The notes: generated by a model not told the origin, from the letters alone. 64,000 bases of DNA from an uncultured delta proteobacterium (GCA_963717985.1 CAVQYC010000005.1:265106-329105), one strand, 5' to 3'. Positions 1 to 9,282 are shown, counted from the first letter of the stretch. Numbers and translations are program-made.

Positions 1-268
1 TAAATTGCAGCGGTCGCAGAATACTTCAAAAGTCTTTGCTTCGTTTTCTTGGCTCATAGTTCACTTTTAGCCCAAACATCCAGCAGGGGACCCCCGAGGA
101 GACGACCGTAAACACTAAATGACTTTCAATCCAATGGCAAAAAACAAGAGAGCATGCCTTTCTCGCCTCGCCCTCGTCATCGAGGCCCACAGTCTATCGG
201 TTAATCATTACCGCCATAAAGCACTGTACGGAACGTGTCAATGAAAATGAGACACTTCCAGCAAATAT

Positions 269-1243
269 TTAGTGTACCTCACCATCGCTCGTAAGCGACG
301 GCTTGTTAATCCAGACGGCATCAGGCAGTGACGCCGGTTTCGGTATCCTCCCCTTGAACCGTTCCGGATGTTTTTCATAGGCAGCCCGCAGCACGTCCTT
401 GCGATCTTCAATGATCCCTGACGCCCTCCCATGATGGACATCCGCAGGGGTGAGAAGACCCAACCCCGAATGGTAGTGCCCGGCATTGTACCAGGGAAAG
501 AATGTCTGGCAAAAAGCCCTGGCATCCTCGATGGAACCGAACCTCTCTGGGAACTCCGGGCGGTACTTCATGGTCTTGAACTGAGATTCAGAATAGGGGT
601 TGTCGTTACTGACGGAGGGTCTCGAATGGCTCCTGGTGACGCCAAGATCGGCCATGAGCAAAGCAACTGGTTTTGACGTCATGCTCGACCCCCTGTCCGC
701 ATGGATCAGGAGTTGATCCGGTTGGATCGTTTGCTTGGCGCAGGTCTCCGCAATCAATTTACGGGCAAGGGCGGCAAGTTCCCTGTGGGCCACCATCCAC
801 CCCACGACATAACGGCTGTAGATGTCGAGGATCACGTAGAGATAAAAGTAGGTCCACTTTACCGGCCCCTTGAGCTTCGTGATGTCCCAGCTCCACGCTT
901 CGTTGGGCGCTCTTGCAAGAATCTCCGGCTTTGCATACCGGGGACGGGATACCTGCCTTCTCCTTTCTTTCAGCTCACCCTCTTTTTCAAGGATCCGGTA
1001 CATGGTGCGCACCGAACAGAGATAGCTCTTCTCATCGAGAAGGGCCGCGTAGATTTCCCTGGGCGCCTTGTCGATGAAACGACCCGCGTGAAGGATATCG
1101 AGCACCTCGTTCCGTTCCTCGAAGGAGAGGGATAGCGGAGGAAGACGGCGTGAGGGCTCTTTCTCTCTTGGATGCCGCCACCGGTAAAAGCCCGCACGGG
1201 ATACGTCGAGGGCGTTGCAGGCCGGCCGGATGTCAAGAGCCAA
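269..1243 (-). CDS. IS3-family transposase OrfB (DDE integrase core), detached from its orfA
   Basis: 324-aa ORF with DDE-type motifs WSWDITK, HADRGS and NDNPYSES and an N-terminal HTH-like ACNALDVSRAGFYRW. The frame is cut upstream by the IS200-like insertion at 1246. Confidence 0.85.
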   Translation of the reverse strand: MALDIRPACNALDVSRAGFYRWRHPREKEPSRRLPPLSLSFEERNEVLDILHAGRFIDKAPREIYAALLDEKSYLCSVRTMYRILEKEGELKERRRQVSRPRYAKPEILARAPNEAWSWDITKLKGPVKWTYFYLYVILDIYSRYVVGWMVAHRELAALARKLIAETCAKQTIQPDQLLIHADRGSSMTSKPVALLMADLGVTRSHSRPSVSNDNPYSESQFKTMKYRPEFPERFGSIEDARAFCQTFFPWYNAGHYHSGLGLLTPADVHHGRASGIIEDRKDVLRAAYEKHPERFKGRIPKPASLPDAVWINKPSLTSDGEVH

Positions 1244-1245
1244 GG

Positions 1246-1880
1246 TAATTATCCTCTGGGTATACCCCCGGCTCTGCCGGGGGACTCCAAAAGTTTGACA
1301 TTTTCGGGAATATAAAAGAAAACCTCCTCCAATGTGAACCGCTCGAAGTTACACAAGGAGGAGGCCTTAGTGAATAACTTTCAGAGTTTAAATCACACCA
1401 GGTGGGATTGCAAGTTCCATGTGGTGTGGATACCGAAGTACAGGAAGAGGGCACTCTACGGGCAGCTCAGGAAACAGTTAGCGCCGGTGCTCAAGGAGCT
1501 GGCGAATCAGAAGGAAAGCGAAGTATTGGAAGGGCGTCTCGTAGAGGATCACGTACACATGCTCATATCAATACCGCCCAAGTATGCCGTCGCCCAAGTT
1601 ATAGGCTACATCAAGGGGAAGAGCGCCATATGGATCGCCCGTACGTGCGGAAGGAGAAAAAACTTCATCGGCCAGAATTTTTGGGCCAGGGGCTACTATG
1701 TGACAACGGCAGGGTTGGATGAAGAAACGGTCCGCGACTACATCAGAAAGCAGGAAGACGAGGATAAGAAGCTCGATCAGCTCAAGATGTTCGACGAGTA
1801 GGGCTACCTTTAGGTAGCTCACGGTGTTTAACCGCTTTGAGCGGTTCACATATTTTCAAACCCCCGGCTCTGCCGGGGGA
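1246..1880 (+). mobile_element. IS200/IS605-family element, copy 1
   Basis: The same 19-nt hairpin CCCCCGG-CTCTG-CCGGGGG sits subterminally at both ends (1265-1283 and 1861-1879). A single Y1 transposase gene lies inside. The left 5' ~500 bp is repeated at 4982-5486. Confidence 0.8.
1370..1801 (+). CDS. tnpA: IS200/IS605-family Y1 (HUH) transposase TnpA
   Basis: HUH motif in EDHVHMLISIPPKY, conserved WDCKFHVVWIPKYRK and C-terminal ARGYYVTTAG. GTG start at 1370 is preceded by AAGGAGGAGG. The ORF track extends the frame to 1334. Confidence 0.85.
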   Translation: MNNFQSLNHTRWDCKFHVVWIPKYRKRALYGQLRKQLAPVLKELANQKESEVLEGRLVEDHVHMLISIPPKYAVAQVIGYIKGKSAIWIARTCGRRKNFIGQNFWARGYYVTTAGLDEETVRDYIRKQEDEDKKLDQLKMFDE

Positions 1881-1942
1881 TGAGTAATTCCCCACCCCCG
1901 GGGCGGCGGTAATTCCTCACTTCTGCCCGGATGGGTAGTCAG

Positions 1943-2689
1943 TCATCGGTTGTTGTTTGGGCTCAGTTTCCTCCTATATGATTCTCCTTCATCTATAATG
2001 ATGTGATGGGCATGGTGGCTCAGGCGGTCGAGCGCTGAGTTGGCCATGACCGGATCGGGGAAAAGACCTATCCAGTCCTGCGGCGGCCGGTTGCTGGTGA
2101 TGACGATGGATGACCGAAGGTGCCGCTCCGCGACGAGCTCGTAGAAGTCCTCCGCCTGGATCGGCGTCAACGCTGTAAGCCCGAAGTCATCGATAATGAG
2201 GAGGTCCGGTCTCACGAACCTCTTGAGCTGCCTCTCCCATGACTGATCCGCTCGTGCCGCAAAAAGGCTCCTGAGTATCTTTGCCGATTTAATAAAGAGC
2301 GTCGTATATCCTCTCCTGCAAGCCTCGTGTCCCAGCGCCTCGGCCAAGTGGGTCTTCCCCACGCCGGCGGGTCCGTATATGAGGACATGCTCTTTTTTCT
2401 CTATGAACAGACAGGTCGCGAGGTCGGTAACAACGCCCCTTCTGATCCTTGGATTGAAGGCAAAGTCGAACCCCTCCAGAGTCTTCTCTTCTTCGAAGGC
2501 GGCCTGCCGGATACGGAGGGATAGCTTCTTCGCCTCTCTCCGTTCGATCTCGTCCTGGATGATAAGGGTGAGAAAAGCGAGATGGGACAGGTCGTCATTT
2601 GTCACCTGGGCAAGCCTGAGCTCCAGGCTTTCCAGGAACCCTCCCAGCTTCAACTTACGTAATTGGTCTATGAGGTGGTGGTCGATCAT
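1943..2689 (-). CDS. istB: IS21-family helper ATPase IstB
   Basis: Walker A GPAGVGKTHLA and Walker B LLIIDDFG. Typical N-terminus MIDHHLIDQLRKLKLGGF. Its start overlaps the istA stop (ATGA). Confidence 0.9.
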   Translation of the reverse strand: MIDHHLIDQLRKLKLGGFLESLELRLAQVTNDDLSHLAFLTLIIQDEIERREAKKLSLRIRQAAFEEEKTLEGFDFAFNPRIRRGVVTDLATCLFIEKKEHVLIYGPAGVGKTHLAEALGHEACRRGYTTLFIKSAKILRSLFAARADQSWERQLKRFVRPDLLIIDDFGLTALTPIQAEDFYELVAERHLRSSIVITSNRPPQDWIGLFPDPVMANSALDRLSHHAHHIIIDEGESYRRKLSPNNNR

Positions 2690-4221
2690 CGCGCGACCCC
2701 CTTAAAATAATCGGGTGATCGGAGGAAGCGCTTCCCCAGTTCCGACAACGGCGCCGTTCTGGTGGTCATGTGATCTGTCTGGGTCATGCCGTTCTCAAGC
2801 ATGGCCTTGATGCTCTTGTATCTGGTATTGCCGAAGGAAAGAGCCCTCTCCGCGACCTTCTCGATGATGTCGCGGTATTTTTCCGCGAGACGCAGGATTG
2901 CCTGGGTTTTACGGAGGTTCCTCATGGCGTGTTCCTCAAGGATTGCCGTGATGAGCGCCTCGGTGTGGGGACCATACTCGGCGGCCTTCTTCCGGCACCA
3001 TGTAGGCGTTGCCATAAGAAAGGCGAGTTTATCCGGCGGATAGTCTGTCTGGTCGGTGACCCAGCTCCCTGGCCGGGACGCCCGCGGATGGAGCTTGATT
3101 CGCTCGTGGTCAAGGAAAACCTCTACCTTTTTGTACGTTCCCTTCGCCCACACCTTTTTCCCGATGTATCTCGTAGGGAGGGAGTAATAGGACTTGTCGA
3201 AGACGATGTGGTGGTCGGGATGGACCGTGCACTTCTTCCATAAGGGACGCTCGAAAGGCGCGTCCGGAAGGGCTTTCAGCCGGGGCCTTTCTTCGGCGAG
3301 GAAGACGGGATAGGGCTTTCTCTTTGTGGTACCATGGATCTCCTGGCCGATCTCCTCCTTGCACCAGTGCAGCGCCCGCTCGTTCGCCTCATGGATATCC
3401 TTGAACGTCCTGCCTGCAAGGAGATGCTTTTTCACCACCGCAACGGACCGCTCGACCTTTCCCTTTTGTTCGGCGTCCCCCGCCTTGGCAGGGTCAGCGA
3501 CAAAACCATAGTATCGTTCGAGATCGGCATAGGCGTAATTGACGAGGGGGTCATAAATGTCCGCCTTCAAAACACCGGATTTTAGGTTGTCCAGGGTTAC
3601 CCTTGCGGGTACCCCTCCGAGCCACTGGAAGGCCCGTTCGTGGCAGTCGAGCCAGGTGGGGATGTCCTGGTGGAAGACGAACCGCACGAACCGATGGCGG
3701 CTAAAAGACAGGGTCATGATGAACGCCCAGGTCTTGCGCTTCCTTTGCGCCTCGGGATCGTACATGAGCCCCGCGTAGCCGAAGTCTACCTGCGCCTCAT
3801 CGCCTGCAGGCGTCTCGATGCGGACGGTCACGTGGGGCTTTTCCCGGTGGAACTCCTTTCTCACATACCGCTTGACGGTGGTGTAGCCGACGTCAATGTT
3901 GTAGTTCTCCTTCAAAAGCCGCCATGCCTGCTTGGCGGTCATGCGAGTGTCATCGAACCATTGTTTGATATCATCCCGGTACTGTGCGACGAGATCAAAC
4001 GCCGGACGCTCGTAGGCAGCCGCCTGCGTTGCCATAAGGTCCTTCAACTTACCGATGATCTCCTGCTCGTCAGGGAGAGGACTTCCACGGTCTATCGACA
4101 GCTCGTTTATCATGCCAAGATACTTGCGCACGGTTTTGCGATCAAGGCCCAGCGATTTGCTGATCTGCTGGATCTTTCTTCCCTGGTGCCACTGGTAGAT
4201 TGTCTCCACAACTTCATTCAT
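2686..4221 (-). CDS. istA: IS21-family transposase IstA
   Basis: N-terminal HTH (IQQISKSLGLDRKTVRKY) followed by an integrase-core DDE region. Start chosen at the ATG at 4221, preceded by GGAGGG 8 nt upstream. The ORF track extends the frame to 4314. Confidence 0.85.
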   Translation of the reverse strand: MNEVVETIYQWHQGRKIQQISKSLGLDRKTVRKYLGMINELSIDRGSPLPDEQEIIGKLKDLMATQAAAYERPAFDLVAQYRDDIKQWFDDTRMTAKQAWRLLKENYNIDVGYTTVKRYVRKEFHREKPHVTVRIETPAGDEAQVDFGYAGLMYDPEAQRKRKTWAFIMTLSFSRHRFVRFVFHQDIPTWLDCHERAFQWLGGVPARVTLDNLKSGVLKADIYDPLVNYAYADLERYYGFVADPAKAGDAEQKGKVERSVAVVKKHLLAGRTFKDIHEANERALHWCKEEIGQEIHGTTKRKPYPVFLAEERPRLKALPDAPFERPLWKKCTVHPDHHIVFDKSYYSLPTRYIGKKVWAKGTYKKVEVFLDHERIKLHPRASRPGSWVTDQTDYPPDKLAFLMATPTWCRKKAAEYGPHTEALITAILEEHAMRNLRKTQAILRLAEKYRDIIEKVAERALSFGNTRYKSIKAMLENGMTQTDHMTTRTAPLSELGKRFLRSPDYFKGVAR

Positions 4222-4441
4222 CGGTATATCCCTCCTTGCCATGATCCCTCCGTTCCCATTTGTTGCCATAGGAATGGCAGGATCAGATTCGGTTTGTCTA
4301 CCGACATCCGGCAAAAGTGGGGAATTATCTTGGCCCTACCAAGTGGGGAATAACCTTGGCCCTAAGAGCCTTCTAGTGGGGATATACCATAGTCCTCGAC
4401 AGGCCGGATACCCACTTCACAGGCAAGCGACGCGGTGATGT

Positions 4442-4840
4442 TCATGACTTCTCCTCGCTGGACCCCTTGAGCAGTTCGGCCACTTTTTTTTGGACATCGA
4501 TAATCAGCTCCGCCTGTTTGAGCTTATGCGCGAGTTTTTCATTTTCCTTTTCCAGTTCGGTAATACGGCGCACGTGGGGATCCGCCTTTTGCGCAGCAGG
4601 TCCTCTCTTCTTAGGAACGAGGCCTTGGGCAACCTGACGCCGCCACGAGGTGAGGCTCGACGAGTAGAGACCTTCCCTGCGCAGAAGGGCTCCGATCTGG
4701 CCGGGCTCGGTACAGCTCTCCGCCTCTTTGAGGATACGGAGCTTATACGCCGCAGTGAATTTCCTGCGTACCGTCTTCTCCGGCACCTCCGGATCAGGGA
4801 CTACCTTCGGGTGTGCCATCACTGAATTCTTCTCTTCCAT
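4442..4840 (-). CDS. IS3-family transposase OrfA (HTH / leucine zipper)
   Basis: FTAAYKLRILKEAE HTH region and a coiled-coil C-terminus (ELEKENEKLAHKLKQAELIIDVQKK). The stop overlaps a -1 frame ATG (ATGA at 4445-4442). Start chosen at MEEKNS; the ORF track begins at 4897. Confidence 0.8.
   Translation of the reverse strand: MEEKNSVMAHPKVVPDPEVPEKTVRRKFTAAYKLRILKEAESCTEPGQIGALLRREGLYSSSLTSWRRQVAQGLVPKKRGPAAQKADPHVRRITELEKENEKLAHKLKQAELIIDVQKKVAELLKGSSEEKS
4484..4491 (-). promoter_or_regulatory. Candidate programmed -1 ribosomal frameshift site (A-run) of IS3 element 1
   Basis: The run of eight T on the plus strand reads CAA AAA AAA G in the orfA frame. I translated the -1 frame and it stays open from this run through the orfA stop up to the IS21 insertion point at 4390. 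Confidence 0.55.
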
Positions 4841-4981
4841 GATCGTTCTTTCCTTCCCGCCCTCAGAGTCTAAACTATTGGGTGGGAAGTGTCTCACTTA
4901 TATTGGCACAGAGGGGTATGTCAAGGAAAGAATGGGACCCACACTTTCAGGAAGCTATTATGCATAGAAGGAAGCCACACA

Positions 4982-5486
4982 TAATTATCCTCTGGGTATA
5001 CCCCCGGCTCTGCCGGGGGACTCGAAAAGTTTGACATTTTCGGGAATATAAAAGAAAACCTCCTCCAATGTGAACCGCTCGAAGTTACACAAGGAGGAGG
5101 CCTTAGTGAATAACTTTCAGAGTTTAAATCACACCAGGTGGGATTGCAAGTTCCATGTGGTGTGGATACCGAAGTACAGGAAGAGGGCACTCTACGGGCA
5201 GCTCAGGAAACAGTTAGCGCCGGTGCTCAAGGAGCTGGCGAATCAGAAGGAAAGCGAAGTATTGGAAGGGCGTCTCGTAGAGGATCACGTACACATGCTC
5301 ATATCAATACCGCCCAAGTATGCCGTCGCCCAAGTTATAGGCTACATCAAGGGGAAGAGCGCCATATGGATCGCCCGTACGTGCGGAAGGAGAAAAAACT
5401 TCATCGGCCAGAATTTTTGGGCCAGGGGCTACTATGTGACAACGGCAGGGTTGGATGAAGAAACGGTCCGCGACTACATCAGAAAG
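4982..5486 (+). mobile_element. IS200/IS605-family element, copy 2, truncated at the 3' end
   Basis: Matches copy 1 from TAATTATCC (4982, equivalent to 1246), including the hairpin at 5001-5019. Homology ends after CATCAGAAAG at 5486. The right-end hairpin is missing. Confidence 0.8.
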
Positions 5487-5534
5487 GGGCTCTTGGGGGG
5501 GCTCTTGGGGACGCTCTTGAAATGTGATTCCTGA
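5106..5534 (+). pseudogene. tnpA: Truncated tnpA (IS200 family) with a chimeric C-terminus
   Basis: The protein is identical to copy 1 through ...ETVRDYIRK. It then reads GLLGGLLGTLLKCDS from unrelated flanking DNA instead of QEDEDKKLDQLKMFDE. Confidence 0.7.
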
Positions 5535-7365
5535 GAAGAAAGTGCCCTTTCTGAAAGGATCAATCGTCACCATCGTTGTGTTACCACCATCGTGAAGATG
5601 AACTTCTTAGGCAAGGACACGCTGACTATTTGGGCCAAGAATACCTTCATGCTAATACAAAGAGACGATATGCAGCCTTCCAGGGTCTTTTTCAAGGCCC
5701 AAGGGGCCTTGGCCCACCTCTTTATGTTGCAGGCGATCAGTTTGCATGCAACGGCAAAGCATACTTTTGCCAGCCGGCGCACCCGAAGTCTGCCGATTCC
5801 GTGCGCTCGTTTCAGTTCGGAGTTCGTTGCTTCGATCCCTGCACGAATCTTGTACCGGTCCTTCCATTCAGTGGTCTGCTGGATGGCATACATCTGATCC
5901 CGCAGGCGAAGCTCGGCAGTGATCTCCAGACGAAAGTCCCCGACCGTTTCACGGGCCTGGCAGCCTTTGTTGCGGTGGTTCGGAGCTCTTACCGGGCACC
6001 TATCGAGCATCGTGCACGATCGACAGGCGTTTCCGTCAAAGATCGCATGGAGAGAACGACGGGTGCTGTTGTTGCCGCTCAGTATGCGATGGTCTATGGG
6101 ACTATTACCCATGGGACATCGGGTCACCAAACCTTCCGAGTCGAAGGAGAAAAGGTCTCTGCCCACGATATCGTCGGAGAGCCTGCTGCGGTTGACGGGC
6201 GTGACGAATTCGATACCTTGCTCTATGACCTTTGCCGCTGAAGGGACAGACGGATAACCGCCGTCGGCAAAGAGCGCTTCGGGCTTCAACCCGGCAGCCT
6301 CCAAACGTTCGATAACAGGAAGGGCCTTGCCGATGTCGGATCTGGCGGCGCCATGCACCTCATAGTCTGTGATGATTTCGGTTTTTCCGGTATTCTTGCA
6401 CGTCTCCGTAACATGAAGGCTGTATCCCGGCCCTTTATGTCCGCAGGACGCATCCGGGTCGTAAGGGGATTGAAGGGTTGCTCCTTCACTCTTTTTCTTC
6501 ACCTGGACCTTGGACGATTCTTGGTCTGAGGTGAATTCGCATTGTTCGGAGAAAAGGCGCTTCAACAATTGGTACGGCTCATTGCCTGTAAGTTCATTAT
6601 CCTTCTCGAAGATAACAATAAGGTCATAGAGATACTGCGCCAGTTCTTCCAGCTTGATCTTCTGCTCGGCCGGACCCAATCCGAACCAACCCTCGGGTTC
6701 GCTTGAATGCCATTCCTGAATTGCCTTCGGGACTCTCGACAATTGATCTTCATTCAGACTCTTGAGAAACTGGGTGAGCGTATTCGAGAATAGAGCCAAT
6801 CTGCCTCGTACACGAATGTTCGAGATTATGTGGGTAGAATCAAGCCGCTGGCTGGAAGACGAGAGGCCAAGTTTGCTTATCGCTGAATCTCTGATATTGT
6901 CGAATACATGGCGGACCAGCTTCATCTCCGGGTCTTTGGCGGCCAATCGCCTGCGGAACTCTACAAGAGAGCGACGGGACAAATAATCTTCCTCATCGCT
7001 GACATCCAAGGCGTATCGCCACCGGGTGTCAAAGCTGAAGGTGTCGAGGGCCTCCTGGTCACTCAAGTTGCTCCACTCCTGAAGGAGACACAAACCCAAA
7101 AGACGCGCAACGCTGAAATTAGGCCGGCCTGTTGTGCCGTACAGAATCGCATAGCGATCTTCGTTCCTGAACAGGATTGGAAATACCTCGCCTCTAAACA
7201 GGTGAGCCCATGAAGACTCAAGACGGTTCCGCAAAGAGGGGGACACCTGCGTCTCCACGCCGAGTAGTTTTTGTTGAGGTGGTGTTTTCTTATACATGAC
7301 ATATTCTATCATTGTATGTAATTAAATACAATAGTTATTTGTGGAGAGTTACTTCTCAGGAATCA
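5525..7365 (-). mobile_element. IS1182/IS5-superfamily-like element, copy A
   Basis: Terminal inverted repeats TGATTCCTGAGAAG (5525-) and CTTCTCAGGAATCA (-7365). AATG is present on both flanks. Confidence 0.7.
5567..7312 (-). CDS. DDE transposase, IS1182/IS5-superfamily-like (copy A)
   Basis: 581-aa ORF. The N-terminal region (FSVARLLGLCLLQEW, DQEALD) resembles the DUF772-type transposase N-terminal domain. FADGGY is present, and so is the C-terminal motif RAGIEATNSELKRAHGIGRLRVRR, typical of IS5/IS1182 DDE transposases. Confidence 0.75.
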   Translation of the reverse strand: MIEYVMYKKTPPQQKLLGVETQVSPSLRNRLESSWAHLFRGEVFPILFRNEDRYAILYGTTGRPNFSVARLLGLCLLQEWSNLSDQEALDTFSFDTRWRYALDVSDEEDYLSRRSLVEFRRRLAAKDPEMKLVRHVFDNIRDSAISKLGLSSSSQRLDSTHIISNIRVRGRLALFSNTLTQFLKSLNEDQLSRVPKAIQEWHSSEPEGWFGLGPAEQKIKLEELAQYLYDLIVIFEKDNELTGNEPYQLLKRLFSEQCEFTSDQESSKVQVKKKSEGATLQSPYDPDASCGHKGPGYSLHVTETCKNTGKTEIITDYEVHGAARSDIGKALPVIERLEAAGLKPEALFADGGYPSVPSAAKVIEQGIEFVTPVNRSRLSDDIVGRDLFSFDSEGLVTRCPMGNSPIDHRILSGNNSTRRSLHAIFDGNACRSCTMLDRCPVRAPNHRNKGCQARETVGDFRLEITAELRLRDQMYAIQQTTEWKDRYKIRAGIEATNSELKRAHGIGRLRVRRLAKVCFAVACKLIACNIKRWAKAPWALKKTLEGCISSLCISMKVFLAQIVSVSLPKKFIFTMVVTQRW

Positions 7366-7369
7366 AATG

Positions 7370-9215
7370 TGATTCCTGAGAAGTAAGTGCCCTTTCTGAA
7401 AGGAATCAACGCCACCCATCATTGTGCCACCACCATCGTGAAGGTGAACTTCTTAGGCAAGGACACGCTGACTATTTCGGCCAAGAATACCTTCACGCGA
7501 ACACAAAGAGACGATATGCAGCCTTCCAGGGTCCTTTTTAAGGCCCAATGGGCCTTGGCCCACCTCTTTATGTTGCAGGCGATCAGCTTGCATGCCACGG
7601 CGAAGTATACTTTTGCCAGCCGGCGCACCCGAAGTCTGCCGATTCCGTGCGCTCGTTTCAATTCGGAGTTTGTTGCTTCGATCCCTGCGCGGATCTTATA
7701 CCGGTCCTTCCATTCAGTTGTTTGCTGGACGGCGTACATCCGATCCCTCAGGCGAAGCTCGGGGGTGATCTCCAGACGAAAATCCCCGACCGTGTCACGG
7801 GCATTGCAGCCTTTCAGACGATGGTTGGGAGCCCGCACCGGACATCGATCGAGCATCGTGCACGATCGACAGAGGTTTCCGTCAAAGATCGCATGGAGAG
7901 AACGGCGGGTGCTGTTGTTGCCGCTCAGTACGCGATGGTCTTTGGGACTATGGCCCATGGGACATGTAGTTACCAAACCTTCCGGGTCGAAGGAGAAAAG
8001 GTCTCTGCCCACGATATCGTCGGAGAGCCTGCTCCGGTTTACCGGAGTAATGAATTCGATGCCTTGCTCTATGACCTTCGACGCTGAAGGAACAGATGGA
8101 TAACCGCCGTCGGCAAAAAGTGTTTGAGGCTTACACCCGGCAGCGTCAAGCCGTTCGATGACCGGAAGGGCTTTGCCGATGTCGGACCTGGCAGCGCCGT
8201 GCACCTCATAGTCGGTGATGATTTCGGTTTTTCCGGTATTCTTGCACGTCTCCGTAATATGAAGGCTGTATCCCGGTCCTTTATGTCCGCAGGACGCATC
8301 CGGATCGTAGGGGGATTGAAGGGCGGCTCCTTCGCTCTTTTTCTTCACCTGAACCTTGGACGAATCCGAGGAGTTGTCCTGTACGAATTCGCATTGTTCC
8401 GAGAAAAGGCGGTTAAGCAATTGATATGGCTCATTGCCTGTAAGTCCATCATCTTTCTCAAAGATAACGATAAGGTCGTAAAGATACTGAGCCAGTTCTT
8501 GCAGCTTGACGGTTTGCTCAGCCGGACCCAATCCGAACCAGCCTTCGGAGTCACGTGAATGCCACTCCAGAATTGCCTTCGGGACTGTCGACAATTGATC
8601 TTCATTCAGACTCTTGAGAAACTGGGTAAGCGTGTTTGAGAAGAGCGCCAACCTGCCTCGTACACGAATATTTGAGATGATATGGGTAGAATCAAGCCGC
8701 TGGCTGGAGGACGAGAGGCCAAGTTTGCTTATCGCTGAATCTCTGATATTGTCGAATATACCGCGAACCAGCTTCATCTCAGGGTCTTTGGCCGCCAACC
8801 GCCTGCGGAACTCTACAAGAGAGCGACGGGAAAGATAGTCTTCTTCATCGCTGACATCCAACGCATAGCGCCACCGGATGTCAAAGCTGAATTCGTCCAG
8901 GGCCTCCTGATCGCTCAAGTCGTTCCACTCCTGCAGGAGACACAGGCCCAAAAGACGCGCAACGCTGAAATTGGGACGGCCTGTTGTGCCGTACAGCATC
9001 GCATAGCGATCTTCGTTTCTGAACAAGACTGGAAATACCTCGCCTCTAAACAGGTGAGCCCAAGAAGACTCAAGACGGTTCCGCAAAGAGGGAGACACCT
9101 GCGTCTCCACGCCGAGTAGCTTTTGTTGAGGTGGTGTTCTCTTATACATGACATATTCTATCATTGTATGTAATTAAATACAATAGTTTTTTCGGGAGTT
9201 ACTTCTCAGGGATCA
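7370..9215 (-). mobile_element. IS1182/IS5-superfamily-like element, copy B, abutting copy A
   Basis: IRs TGATTCCTGAGAAG (7370-) and CTTCTCAGGGATCA (-9215). Flanked by AATG at 7366-7369 (shared with copy A) and at 9216-9219. Confidence 0.7.
7419..9164 (-). CDS. DDE transposase, IS1182/IS5-superfamily-like (copy B)
   Basis: 581-aa paralogue of 5567-7312. By eye it is roughly nine-tenths identical, with scattered substitutions and a small indel near residue 270. Confidence 0.75.
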   Translation of the reverse strand: MIEYVMYKRTPPQQKLLGVETQVSPSLRNRLESSWAHLFRGEVFPVLFRNEDRYAMLYGTTGRPNFSVARLLGLCLLQEWNDLSDQEALDEFSFDIRWRYALDVSDEEDYLSRRSLVEFRRRLAAKDPEMKLVRGIFDNIRDSAISKLGLSSSSQRLDSTHIISNIRVRGRLALFSNTLTQFLKSLNEDQLSTVPKAILEWHSRDSEGWFGLGPAEQTVKLQELAQYLYDLIVIFEKDDGLTGNEPYQLLNRLFSEQCEFVQDNSSDSSKVQVKKKSEGAALQSPYDPDASCGHKGPGYSLHITETCKNTGKTEIITDYEVHGAARSDIGKALPVIERLDAAGCKPQTLFADGGYPSVPSASKVIEQGIEFITPVNRSRLSDDIVGRDLFSFDPEGLVTTCPMGHSPKDHRVLSGNNSTRRSLHAIFDGNLCRSCTMLDRCPVRAPNHRLKGCNARDTVGDFRLEITPELRLRDRMYAVQQTTEWKDRYKIRAGIEATNSELKRAHGIGRLRVRRLAKVYFAVACKLIACNIKRWAKAHWALKRTLEGCISSLCVRVKVFLAEIVSVSLPKKFTFTMVVAQ

Positions 9216-9282
9216 AATGTTGAAATTGGGCAGCGTCGGGGCCGTAGCTCCGTTTATTCCGTTATTCCAGCAGAACAGTGCG

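Larger units (their letters stand above)
1881..4389 (-). mobile_element. IS21-family insertion sequence nested inside IS3 element 1
   Basis: istA-istB pair with an ATGA overlap. Multiple terminal repeats of the GTGGGGAAT(T/A)A type occur at both ends: TGAGTAATTCCCCAC and TAATTCCTCAC at 1881-1920; GTGGGGAATTA, GTGGGGAATAA and GTGGGGATATACCA at 4316-4389. Confidence 0.75.
236..4908 (-). mobile_element. IS3-family insertion sequence (element 1), disrupted internally by nested IS21-family and IS200/IS605-family elements
   Basis: Imperfect ~27-bp terminal inverted repeats read directly: TGTCAATGAAAATGAGACACTTCCAGC from 236 (plus strand) versus TGCCAATATAAGTGAGACACTTCCCAC (reverse complement ending at 4908). 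orfA and orfB are on the same strand but 3.2 kb apart. Confidence 0.8.

Noticed and set aside
1-57. Possible 5' end of a minus-strand gene (MSQENEAKTFEVFCDRCNL...) running off the left edge
   Set aside because: Only 19 codons are visible, there is no convincing RBS, and no family can be recognised. This is too little to call.
3640-4353. 237-aa plus-strand ORF within the IS21 element. Similar antisense ORFs occur at 2770-3243, 5576-6241, 7387-8103, 10784-11500, 11720-12487, 12832-13488, 21646-22269, 55185-55637 and 57843-58475.
   Set aside because: All are antisense or alternative-frame to ORFs with strong family signatures. None has a recognisable motif or a plausible RBS.
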